Of a DNA stretch of 64,000 nt, positions 15,001 to 27,479 are shown in pieces. Source of the stretch: Eledone cirrhosa (Eukaryota). Position numbers and translations under genes: made by a program. Every line of letters begins with the position of its first letter. Within the stretch, counting starts at the first letter, position 1. The stretch covers positions 137,764,001 through 137,828,000 of the forward strand of contig OZ024742.1 of assembly GCA_964016885.1 (NCBI GenBank), given 5' to 3'. The notes beneath the pieces were generated by a model. The model was not told the DNA's origin. It did not search any database and was given only the letters and a program-made list of their open reading frames with translations.

Positions 15001-18000
15001 GAGCAGCCGCCAAAGAGTGAAAGGCACCACTCACAGCAGCCGCCAAAGAGTGAAAGACACTACTCACAGCAGCCGCCAAAGAGTGAAGGACACCACTCAC
15101 AACAGCCGCCAAAGAGTGAAAGACATGACTCACAGCAACCGCCAAAGAGGGAAAAACATCACTCACAGCCACCACCAAGAAGTGAAAGGCACCACTCACA
15201 GCAGCCGCCAAAGAGTGAAAGGCACCACTCACAGCAGCCACCAAAGAGTGAAACACACCACTTACAGCAGCCACCAAAGAGTGAAAGACACCACTTACAG
15301 CAGCCACCAAAGAGTGAAAGGGACCACTCACAGCATCCGCCAAAGAGTGAAAGACACCACTTACAGCAGCCACCAAAGAGTGAAAGACACCACTTACAGC
15401 AGCCACCAAAGAGTGAAACACACCACTTACAGCAGCCACCAAAGAGTGAAAGACACCACTTACAGCAGCCACCAAAGAGTGAAAGGGACCACTCACAGCA
15501 TCCGCCAAAGAGTGAAAGACACCACTCACAGCAGCCACCAAAGAGTGAAAGGGACCACTCACAGCATCCGCCAAAGAGTGAAAGGCACCACTCAAAGCAG
15601 CCACCAAAGAGTGAAAGACGCCACTCACAGCCACCACCAAAGAGTGAAAGACACCACTCACAGCAGCCACCAAAGAGTAAAAGGGACCACTCACAGCAGC
15701 CGCCAAAGAGTGAACGGCACAACTCACAGCAGCCGCCAAAGAGTGAAAGACACTACTCAGAGCATCCGCCAAAGAGTGAAAGACACCACTCACAGCATCC
15801 GCCAAAGAGTGAAAGACACCACTCACAGCAGCCACCAAAGAGTGAAACACACCACTTACAGCAGCCACCAAAGAGTGAACGGCACAACTCACAGCAGCCG
15901 CCAAAGAGTGAAAGACACTACTCACAGCATCCGCCAAAGAGTGAAAGACACCACTCACAGCATCCGCCAAAGAGTGAAAGACACCACTCACAGCAGCCAC
16001 CAAAGAGTGAAACACACCACTCACTGCAGCCACCAAAGAGTGAAACACACCACTTACAGCAGCCACCAAAGAGTGAAAGACACCACTCACAGAAGCCACA
16101 AAAGAGTGAAACACACCACTCACTGCAGCCACCAAAGAGTGAAACACACCACTTACAGCAGCCACCAAAGAGTGAAAGACACCACTCACAGAAGCCACAA
16201 AAGAGTGAAACACACCACTCACTGCAGCCACCAAAGAGTGAAACACACCACTCACAGCAGCCACCAAAGAGTGAAAGGCACCGCTCACTGCAGCCACCAA
16301 AGAGTGAAACACACCACTTACAGCAGCCACCAAAGAGTGAAAGGCACCACTCACAGCAGCCGCCAAAGAGTGAAAGGCACCACTCACAGCATTCGCCAAA
16401 AAGTGAAAGGCACCACTCACAGCAGCCGCCAAAGAGCGAAAGACACGACTCACAGCAGCCGCCAAAGAGTGAAAGGCACCACTCACAGCAGCCGCCAAAG
16501 AGTGAAAGGCACCACTCACAGCATTCGCCAAAAAGTGAAAGGCACCACTCACAGCAGCCGCCAAAGAGTGAAAGGCACCACTCACATAATTCGCCAAAAA
16601 GTGAAAGGCACCACTCACAGCAGCCGCCAAAGAGTGAACGGCACCACTCACAGCATTCGCCAAAAAGTGAAAGGCACCACTCACAGCAGCCGCCAAAGAG
16701 TGAAAGGCACCACTCACAGCATTCGCCAAAAAGTGAAAGGCACCACTCACAACAGCCGCCACAGAGTGAAAGGCACCACTCACAGCATCCGCCAAAGAGT
16801 GAAATACACTACTCACAGCAGCCGCCAAATAGTGAAGGACACCACTCAAAGCAGCCGCCAAATAGTGAAAGACATCACTCACAGCAGCCGCCAAAGAGTG
16901 AAAAATATCACTCACAGTAACCACCAAAGAGTGAAAAGCACCACTCACAACAGCCGCCAAATAGTGAAGGACACTACACACAGCGGCCGCCAAAGAGTGA
17001 AGGATACCACTCACAGCAGCCGCCAAAGAGTGAAAGACATCACTCACAGCAGCCGCCAAAGAGTGAAAAACATCACTCACAGCCACCACCAAAAAGTGAA
17101 AAGCACCACTCACAGCAGCCGCCAAAGAGAGAAGGAGACCACTCACAGCAGCCGCCAAAGAGTGAAAGGCACCACTCAAAGCAGCCGCCAAAGAGTGAAA
17201 GACACCACTTACAGCACCCACCAAAGAGTGAAAAATATACTCGCTGCAGCCGCCAAAGAGTGAAAAACTTCACTCACAGCAGCCGCCTATTGAGTGAAAG
17301 ACACCACTCAAAGAAGTCACCAAATACTGAAAGACACCACTCACAGCAGCTACCAAAGAGTGAAAGACACCACTCACAGCAGCCGCCAAATAGTGCAAGA
17401 CATTACTCACAACAGCCGTCAAAGAGTGGAAAACATTATTCACGCCACCAGCAAAGACTTAAAGACACCACTCACAGCAGCCGCCAAAGCGTGAAAGGCA
17501 CCACTCACAGCAGCCGCCAAAGCGTGAAAGGCACCACTCACAGCAGCCGCCAAAGAGTGAAAGGCACCACTCACAGCAGCCGCCAAAGCGTGAAAGGCAC
17601 CACTCACAGTAGCCGCCAAAGAGTGAAAAGCACCACTCACAGCAGCCGCCAAAGAGTGAAAGACACTACACACAGCAGCCGCCAAATAGTGAAGGACACC
17701 ACTCACAGCAGCCGCCAAAGAGTGAAAAATATCACTCACAGTAACCACCAAAGAGTGAAAAGCACCACTCACCTCAGCCGCCAAAGAGTGAAAGACACTA
17801 CACACAGCGGCCGCCAAAGAGTGAAGGACACCACTCACAGCAGCCGCCAAAGAGTGAAAGACATCACTAACAGCAGCCGCCAAAGAGTGAAAAACATCAC
17901 TCACAGCCACCACCAAAAAGTGAAAAGCACCACTCACAGCAGCCGCCAAAGAGAGAAGGAGACCACTCACAGCAGCCGCCAAAGAGTGAAAGGCACCACT

Positions 18001-21000
18001 CAAAGCAGCCGCCAAAGAGCTAAAGACACCACTTACAGCACCCACCAAAGAGTGAAAAATATAGTTGCAGCAGCCGCCAAAGAGTGAAAAACTTCACACA
18101 CAGCAGCCGCCTATTGAGTGAAACACACCACTCAAAGAAGTCACCAAAGACTGAAAGACACCACTCACAGCAGCTACCAAAGAGTGAAAGACACCACTCA
18201 CAGCAACCGCCAAATAGTGCAAGACATTACTCACAACAGCCGTCAAAGAGTGGAAAACATTACTCACAGCCACCAGCAAAGACTTAAAAACACCACTCAC
18301 AGCAGCCGCCAAAGCGTGAAAGGCACCACTCACAGCAGCCGCCAAAGAGTGAAAGACACTACACACAGCAGGCGCCAAAGAGTGAAGGACACCACTCAGA
18401 GCAGCCGCCAAAGAGTGAAAGGCACCACTCACAGCAGCCGCCAAAGAGTGAAAGACACTACTCACAGCAGCCGCCAAAGAGTGAAGGACACCACTCACAG
18501 CAGCCGCCAAAGAGTGAAAGACATGACTCACAGCAACCGCCAAAGAGGGAAAAACATCACTCACAGCCACCACCAAGAAGTGAAAGGCACCACTCACAGC
18601 AGCCGCCAAAGAGTGAAAGGCACCACTCACAGCAGCCACCAAAGAGTGAAACACACCACTTACAGCAGCCACCAAAGAGTGAAAGACACCACTTACAGCA
18701 GCCACCAAAGAGTGAAAGGGACCACTCACAGCATCCGCCAAAGAGTGAAAGACACCACTTACAGCAGCCACCAAAGAGTGAAAGACACCACTTACAGCAG
18801 CCACCAAAGAGTGAAACACACCACTTACAGCAGCCACCAAAGAGTGAAAGACACCACTTACAGCAGCCACCAAAGAGTGAAAGGGACCACTCACAGCATC
18901 CGCCAAAGAGTGAAAGACACCACTCACAGCAGCCACCAAAGAGTGAAACACACCACTCACTGCAGCCACCAAAGAGTGAAACACACCACTTACAGCAGCC
19001 ACCAAAGAGTGAAAGACACCACTCACAGAAGCCACAAAAGAGTGAAACACACCACTCACAGCATCCGCCAAAGAGTGAAAGACACCACTCACAGCAGCCA
19101 CCAAAGAGTGAAACACACCACTTACAGCAGCCACCAAAGAGTGAACGGCACAACTCACAGCAGCCGCCAAAGAGTGAAAGACACTACTCACAGCATCCGC
19201 CAAAGAGTGAAAGACACCACTCACAGCATCCGCCAAAGAGTGAAAGACACCACTCACAGCAGCCACCAAAGAGTGAAACACACCACTCACTGCAGCCACC
19301 AAAGAGTGAAACACACCACTTACAGCAGCCACCAAAGAGTGAAAGACACCACTCACAGAAGCCACAAAAGAGTGAAACACACCACTCACTGCAGCCACCA
19401 AAGAGTGAAACACACCACTTACAGCAGCCACCAAAGAGTGAAAGACACCACTCACAGAAGCCACAAAAGAGTGAAACACACCACTCACTGCAGCCACCAA
19501 AGAGTGAAACACACCACTCACAGCAGCCACCAAAGAGTGAAAGGCACCGCTCACTGCAGCCACCAAAGAGTGAAACACACCACTTACAGCAGCCACCAAA
19601 GAGTGAAAGGCACCACTCACAGCAGCCGCCAAAGAGTGAAAGGCACCACTCACAGCATTCGCCAAAAAGTGAAAGGCACCACTCACAGCAGCCGCCAAAG
19701 AGCGAAAGACACGACTCACAGCAGCCGCTAAAGAGTGAAAGGCACCACTCACAGCAGCCGCCAAAGAGTGAAAGGCACCACTCACAGCATTCGCCAAAAA
19801 GTGAAAGGCACCACTCACAGCAGCCGCCAATGAGTGAAAGGCGCCACTCACAGCATTCGCCAAAAAGTGAAAGGCACCACTCACAGCAGCCGCCAAAGAG
19901 TGAAAGGCACCACTCACAGCATTCGCCAAAAAGTGAAAGGCACCACTCACAGCAGCCGCCAAAGAGTGAAAGGCACCACTCACAGCATTCGCCAAAAAGT
20001 GAAAGGCACCACTCACAACAGCCGCCACAGAGTGAAAGGCACCACTCACAGCATCCGCCAAAGAGTGAAATACACTACTCACAGCAGCCGCCAAATAGTG
20101 AAGGACACCACTCAAAGCAGCCGCCAAATAGTGAAAGACATCACTCACAGCAGCCGCCAAAGAGTGAAAAATATCACTCACAGTAACCACCAAAGAGTGA
20201 AAAGCACCACTCACAACAGCCGCTAAATAGTGAAGGACACTACACACAGCGGCCGCCAAAGAGTGAAGGATACCACTCACAGCAGCCGCCAAAGAGTGAA
20301 AGACATCACTCACAGCAGCCGCCAAAGAGTGAAAAACATCACTCACAGCCACCACCAAAAAGTGAAAAGCACCACTCACAGCAGCCGCCAAAGAGAGAAG
20401 GAGACCACTCACAGCAGCCGCCAAAGAGTGAAAGACACTACTCACAGCAGCCGCCAAAGAGTGAAAGGCACCACTCAAAGCAGCCGCCAAAGAGTGAAAG
20501 ACACCACTTACAGCACCCACCAAAGAGTGAAAAATATACTCGCTGCAGCCGCCAAAGAGTGAAAAACTTCACTCACAGCAGCCGCCTATTGAGTGAAAGA
20601 CACCACTCAAAGAAGTCACCAAATACTGAAAGACACCACTCACAGCAGCTACTAAAGAGTGAAAGACACCACTCACAGCAGCCGCCAAATAGTGCAAGAC
20701 ATTACTCACAACAGCCGTCAAAGAGTGGAAAACATTACTCACGCCACCAGCAAAGACTTAAAGACACCACTCACAGCAGCCGCCAAAGCGTGAAAGGCAC
20801 CACTCACAGCAGCCGCCAAAGCGTGAAAGGCACCACTCACAGCAGCCGCCAAAGAGTGAAAGGCACCACTCACAGCAGCCGCCAAAGCGTGAAAGGCACC
20901 ACTCACAGTAGCCGCCAAAGAGTGAAAAGCACCACTCACAGCAGCCGCCAAAGAGTGAAAGACACTACACACAGCAGGCGCCAAAGAGTGAAGGACACCA

Positions 21001-21621
21001 CTCAGAGCAGCCGCCAAAGAGTGAAAGGCACCACTCACAGCAGCCGCCAAAGAGTGAAAGACACTACTCACAGCAGCCGCCAAAGAGTGAAAGGCACCAC
21101 TCACAGCAGCCGCCAAAGAGTGAAAGCCACCACTCACAGCAGCCGCCAAAGAGTGAAAGGCACCACTCAAAGCAGCCGCCAAAGAGTGAAAGACAACACT
21201 TACAGCACCCACCAAATAGTGAAAAATATACTCGCAGCAGCCGCCAAAGAGTGAAAAACTTCACTCACAGCAGCCGCCTATGAGTGAAATCCACCACTCA
21301 AAGAAGTCACCAAAGAGTGAAAGGCACAACTCACAGCAGCTACCAAAGAGTGAAAGACACCACTTTCAGCAGCCGCCAAAGAGTGAAAGACACCCTTCAG
21401 CAGCCGCCAAAGAGTGAAAGACACCACTCAAAGCAGCCACCAAAGCGTGAAAGAAACCACTCAATGATGTCACCAAAAAGTGAAAAACACCACTCACTGC
21501 AGTCACCAAAGACAGAAAGACACCACTCACAGCAGTCACCAAAGAGTGAAAGTCACCATTCACAGCAGCCACCAAAGAGTGAAAGACACCACTCACAGCA
21601 ATCACCAAGGAGTGAAAGACC
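1..21621. repeat. 33-bp tandem satellite (consensus GTGAAAGACACCACTCACAGCAGCCGCCAAAGA), ~650 monomers, higher-order blocks; extends beyond window start
   Basis: Monomer visible continuously from base 1 to ~21621. The long ORFs on both strands follow from the 11-codon period. Confidence 0.98.
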
Positions 21622-23120
21622 ATGACAAAAAATGCCAGCAAATTCTCAGCGGAATAACAGAATCTTATGGAAAAATGTAGAAATCTCAAAACACCAAGAA
21701 CGCCCAGAGAAAAGTTTGAAGCATACAATTTATCAAAACTATCGAAAAGAAGCAAGGAGAAGACATTCGCAACCTCAGATCAACAGCAGATCAAACAATT
21801 GTGAAACAAGAGAAAGTCTTCGAAATGGTAGAGAAGAACTTAAGCGAAAGTAAATTACAATTCACAGGAGTCCTAGAAGATGACGGTTCCCTAACCGTTG
21901 TTCATAGAAATTTCTACGAAATATTGTATTCCCCGGACCAAATTTAACCAGAGCTTGGGGACAGGGAGACTGAAATTCATCAACTGTTTCCAACCATCGA
22001 AGCCTGAGAAGTTAAGCTTGCATTCGAATAACCAAAAAAAAGGAAAAGCCCGGATCTGACAATATCAAAATCCACATTATCACATTGAGACTGTTGGTAA
22101 ACAACTCTACGAGCATCTTGACAGCTTGTCTAATATATCAGGCAAAGTAAAGTTCCGGGCGAATAAAGCAATCATCATACTTCTGTATAAATAAATTGAG
22201 ACCCAAAGAAAATCTCCAATTACCACCCCATATGTCGTTTAACCAACTTCGACAAACTGTTCACAAAATTCATAAGAAAAGCTCTCGATTAAAATTAGTA
22301 CAGAGAACAAGCCGACTTCATGGAAGGCTTCTCCGCCGGTGATCATCTCCACGTAGTACACCAGATCATTGAAAAGTGCGCAGAGTTCAATATACCATTA
22401 GTGGATGTTCGAGACAATTACAAAGAGCTCGATACCGGCACTCTTCAAGAAAAGGGTATTGATCCCGTCTACATCAACGTTCTCCGTCACATTTAAACAA
22501 ATGCAAGATCATATATCCGAATAGACAAATATTCAAAGCATTTTCGAAGTCCAAGAGGAATACGACAGGAGGACACCAGTTCCCCCAAGCTCTTCGCATT
22601 GATCCTGGAATAAATCTTTCGAAAACTCAGATGGGAATGGTGGGGCATCAAGATCGACAGGGAATTTCTAAATCACCTTAGCTTCACTGATGATACCATC
22701 ATCTTCACCAGCAACAGAGAACAACTACAATGAGTATTTAGCAAACTGAACATAGCTAGCCTAGATGTCGGTCTGAGCATCAACCTCAAAAGACCAACAT
22801 AATTTGTAATAAATGAGTTGAGGATGCAGACCTGGTCATCGTGGTCAACGACAATGAGATAGAAGAGGTCGACCATTTTTAATGTCTCGGTCAGTGCAAT
22901 ACAATGGACTTGGTTTGCAAGAAACAAGAAATCAAGCTCCGCATCACATTTGGTGGGAACCCTTTGGAAAGCCGAATAACATCTTCACAAACAAAGCCAT
23001 GCCATTCGTCTTGAAACGTCAAGTTTATGATCAATGCCATCTGTCGACTTTTATCTACGGATCAGAAGCCCGGAAACTAACTAATCAGCACACTCTAAAG
23101 CCACGAACAATGCAAAGGCC
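21622..23120 (+). pseudogene. Decayed RTE-clade LINE ORF (linker + reverse transcriptase)
   Basis: Hand translation across stops and frameshifts gives KNASKFSAE*QNLMEKCRNLKTPR, NKAIIILLYK..NYHPICRL, EQADFMEGFSAGDHLHVVHQIIEKCAEFNIPL, RGIRQEDTSSPKLF, GIKIDREFLNHLSFTDD and LKRQVYDQCHLSTFIYGSEA, which are RTE RT motifs in the expected order. Confidence 0.88.
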
Positions 23121-23599
23121 CCGGAGTCTTTCGGGGACATACATAGATACATGCATACAATGATACATAAACCAGTACACTCTTATATGAATATATATAT
23201 TTTGATCTAAAGACAGTTTATATAATTCCATCCCGCCCGTCCCCTCAATCTATCTTATTTCTCATTCTTTCTTCTGGTGAAAGACTGGCGTCCGAAACGT
23301 TAACACCTTCTTCCTTCTATATCAAGCGTTAACCTAATATATCCCTTCCATATACTGAACCGATTGAGTTGTTATGTCTGTTTACCTTTACATACATATG
23401 ATCTAACCAGTTACGAACTGATGGAATCAGTTCGTAACTGGTTAGATCATTACTCAACTTGGTGTAGTAGATTATGGTTATATTATAAAGCGTTGGGACC
23501 TCCACGGCTGAGATCTTGCCGTTTCAGCAGCCAGTGCCAGAGTCCGGAGCTGGCTGTTGAAACAGCAAGAGCTGAACCGTTGGGTTCCCTAAACTATAA

Positions 23600-23845
<246 letters not shown>

Positions 23846-24261
23846 AGAGTGTGTTTCTGTAGGAATATTGTACATACCTTTACTGGATGTGAATTTTCTC
23901 GTCTATACGCAGGTGTCTATGTACATATATTTCCGAGCATATATTTGCTCAAAATCGATTATATTTACATTAGTGGCATCCAATATATTCAAAAATTATA
24001 AGACAGTAGCCTGATATTAAAAAAGAAAATTTACTTGCCATTTCTTGTGTATCCATCAAGTTTGTATCCACTTCCTTATATTCACTAGTGGAAGAAGATG
24101 GTAAGATATGAATAGATTACAATATAATCTATGTAGCAATTGCGATAGTAATTTGTTTGCATATTTCTACTAAATTTTAGCCAGAACTAATACAGGAAAT
24201 ATATATTAAATTTCGAATAAAATATATGTATATATATATATATATATAAATTTCTTACGAA

Positions 24262-24335
<74 letters not shown>

Positions 24336-24594
24336 GGAAAAAATGAAACGAAATTTCATTTCCCACTCTTAGTACGGCTGTTACTTAAATATAAGTATGT
24401 ATACGTACATACATATAGGTATAGGGACGTACAGTAGTATGTATATATATATACATGCACACATATATATATGTACGTATGGATTCACTGAACATTTATT
24501 ATAATGCTCAGTGTGTTTGTAAACAAATATCCCGTATTAAGCCGTAGTGTCTAGCAATCATCGTTGCTCGTTTGTTCAACACTGACAAAGGAAG

Positions 24595-24633
24595 GCTGTA
24601 CTAGTTTCAAGCTTATTAGTTATCGTCAGCAAC
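24595..24633 (-). ncRNA. Minimal type I hammerhead ribozyme motif
   Basis: Minus strand: GUUG CUGACGA UAACUAAUAAGCUU GAAAC UA GUA CAGC. Confidence 0.65.
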
Positions 24634-25022
24634 GTATACCTTCCTGCCAGATGATTGAACGTCTGAAAGTGTATACTTTCCTTATGCATGTTAACGGCTG
24701 AGCAGCCTAATTTGCATATCGAGTGGGTTAATCGGCCGGGTGCACCGAAAACGATAAACGGAAAAAATGAAACGAAATTTCATTTCCCACTCTTAGTACG
24801 GCTGTTACTTAAATATAAGTATGTATACGTACATACATATATGTATACAGACGTACAGTAGTATGTATATATATATACATACATGCACGCATATATATAT
24901 GTACGTATGGATTCACCGAACATTTATTATAATCCACGGTGTGTTTGTAAACAAACATCCTGTATTAAGCCGTAGTGTCTAGCAACCATCGTTGCTCGTT
25001 TGTTCAACACTGACAAAGGAAG

Positions 25023-25061
25023 GCTGTACTAGTTTCAAGCTTATTAGCTATCATCAGCAAT
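25023..25061 (-). ncRNA. Minimal type I hammerhead ribozyme motif
   Basis: Minus strand: AUUG CUGAUGA U-AGCU-AAUA-AGCU-U GAAAC UA GUA CAGC; palindromic ACUAGU stem III. Confidence 0.72.
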
Positions 25062-26842
25062 GTATACCTTACTGCTAGATGATTGAACGCCTGAAAGTAT
25101 ATACTTTCCTCATGCATATTAACGGCTGAGCAGCCTAATTTGCATATCGAGTGGGTTAATCGGCCGGGTGCACCGAAACATGTATGGATCTCACGTCGCC
25201 GTAAGGGCTTGTGTTCTAATCCCGACGGGGCATTACGGTGCTCTAGTGAACCCAAATACAAAGTTTGTTTATCAGATTATCCCCCTTGCTCTTTCCAATG
25301 AATTGTTCTGCATCAAGTGCAAAACTCTCATCTTAATGATGTCTATAGATTTGATTTGACTTCTGTTTATTGTCTTTGTTTCACATGCCTACATACTCGT
25401 ATATGCTGGCGAAACTAGAGCACGTTAAAAGTATTTCATTTATGTCAACCAACATGATCTTTCTAATGGGTCGGAGTTAATTATCTAAGACCCAGCTCCC
25501 ATTTCCAAGAGGATGAGTGATTTTGCTATAAATTCTAATTTTTTACATTGTGGCAGAAAGAAGATAGCAAACTGAAGTGACTGTAAGCATTAATTTCCTC
25601 TTGGTGGCATTTAAGAGATTGACTGATGCATGTGGTCAACATGTTTGAAGAATTTGAATTGCACGAGGCTAATGATAATACCAAAATGTATTTCAAATAT
25701 ATTGCATCTCTTCTAAAGAATGATCAACAAGTGTAAAATGATCTGCAAAAAGTTGCTCGTTAATTAGCTGAAGACAAGTTTTAATATTTACAGTGAATCA
25801 TTTTCTATCGAACAGAGATTCACTGGAGCGAATCTGAACATATTCACCAGCAACACAGCCTCAATAAAGAGGGCGGATAACAATATTGCCAATATACTGT
25901 TGCATATTTCATCTCATCTTAAATACCCAATTGTGACAGAGTATCCATAATACCTCCCTTGAAAGAATACGAAACACGTATGTCAGCTCTATATAAATCA
26001 TTAACTGTTCCCGCTCGTATTCTCAAGCTTTCTCCTGAAGTTATTTTAATACAAAAATCATACCTACTTTCTCACTTTCAACACGAAATTGGATATGATA
26101 TATCGATGAGATATGTTTGAATTCTATTTGAAAGAGGACGACCAATGAATATTCTAGCAGTTGATAGGAGTGCCTTTCGAGGATAATAATCGAATAAAGT
26201 TTCGTTTTTATTTTTTGTTTTTTGTTGTTTTTTTTTGTACATATTTATATATAGTTAAATAACAGCTCCATACGTTTACTGCTGGTAATGTTTAACACCA
26301 CTTCAGATACGTATAAATGTTTAATTATTTTTATGTATCAATGTACAACCAACAAATTAATATATTTCCAAGGGCAATCCGTATTTACCTATTGCTTTAC
26401 TATTTGACATCCAAGAATAGTGTTCAGACCTACAGGAAAATCTACGCGACAAAATTAGAGATGGGTTCTTCTGACAAAATACATTTACAACAGCCTTTCA
26501 TTTCATGGTGTCCACAAAAGACTTATGTAACTTTTGCTTCGCCACACCAGCGGTGCTATCATTAATTTCAGGTGAACTTGTGAAGCACTATTAGCAAAGA
26601 TAGAAACAGTTTTAAAAAATAGAAAAACAATATTTGTCTGAAATACAGAACGTTTGAGGTTTATTCGTGTTGTTTCACAAACTAGTAATACCAGCATTGA
26701 TTTCATCAAACTAGTCTTGATAATTGATTTTACAATAAAGCATAATCTCAAGAAATGAATTGCTAACAGAATTGTTTATGTTTTTCTAAGGAACATCAAT
26801 GTTACTATTCTGAAACAGATTCCCGATATTAGTTTCAATAAT

Positions 26843-26942
26843 TGTTTCTACTTTTGGCACAAGGCCAGCAATTACCCAGTACATTACTGGTACTTTATTT
26901 TATCGACCTCGTAAGGATGAAAGGCAAAGTCAACCTCGGCGG
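26843..26942 (-). mobile_element. 5'-truncated SINE (GCCTTTCATCCTTACGGGGTCGATAAA family) with an 18-bp target-site duplication
   Basis: Reverse complement matches the 3' half of the copy at 52435-52620. GATATTAGTTTCAATAAT occurs at 26825-26842 and 26943-26960. Confidence 0.85.
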
Positions 26943-27479
26943 GATATTAGTTTCAATAATACCAGTGAGGCATATATGTTGAATATGTGCCTATGTCTGT
27001 AGACTTATAGAAGGCAAGCATCTATATATTATGAGCATTGTATGCATCCGTATGTCCTTAGATAAATGTATTTGGTACACGAGGTTGGTGCATGAAAAGG
27101 GTGTAACGAATAAGTGGAATTGTTGGTATGATGGTTTCAATGCAAAGAATAATACCAGGATTGTGTTGTTACAATGTTTATTTTATTATAACAATATTCA
27201 ATTTGAATATTGAATGATAAAATCTATACCTTGAAATATTCGTACAATAAGTAGGTGGCTCTTCGAGCAACATAAATACAAGTATCACAGAATACGATTA
27301 TAATATAATTGTATTGTATCTGAAAGATACAATCTGACAAACAGAAATGGTGCGTGTAAAAATGCAAACAGTGTGAACTTACTATGTGTGCCTGTGCGCG
27401 TATTAGTATACTTTCTTGTTTTAGCAGTAGTAGTAATCAATCATTCAGGCGGGAAATGTGTGTGAGAATTTAGTGGACA

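Larger units (their letters stand above)
24331..25179 (-). mobile_element. Tandem dimer of a ~424-bp monomer, each copy with a hammerhead motif (retrozyme-like or tandem pLTR)
   Basis: TAAACGGAAAAAATGAAACG starts at 24331 and again at 24755. Both copies end in GGGTGCACCGAAA. The left end abuts (TA)n. Confidence 0.8.

Noticed and set aside
1-21621. CRISPR array
   Set aside because: Monomers are directly adjacent with no unique spacers, there are no cas genes, and the context is eukaryotic.
88-21755. Long satellite ORFs as protein-coding genes
   Set aside because: The 33-bp period keeps frames open, frameshifts recur, and there are no unique termini or splice evidence.
23270-23305. Hammerhead-like CTGGTGA AAGAC-TGGC-GTCC GAAACGTT
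   Set aside because: The core is mutated and there is no convincing stem I; at best a decayed relic.
25180-26820. Possible decayed transposon coding sequence
   Set aside because: No motif could be recognised by eye; a translated search would be needed.
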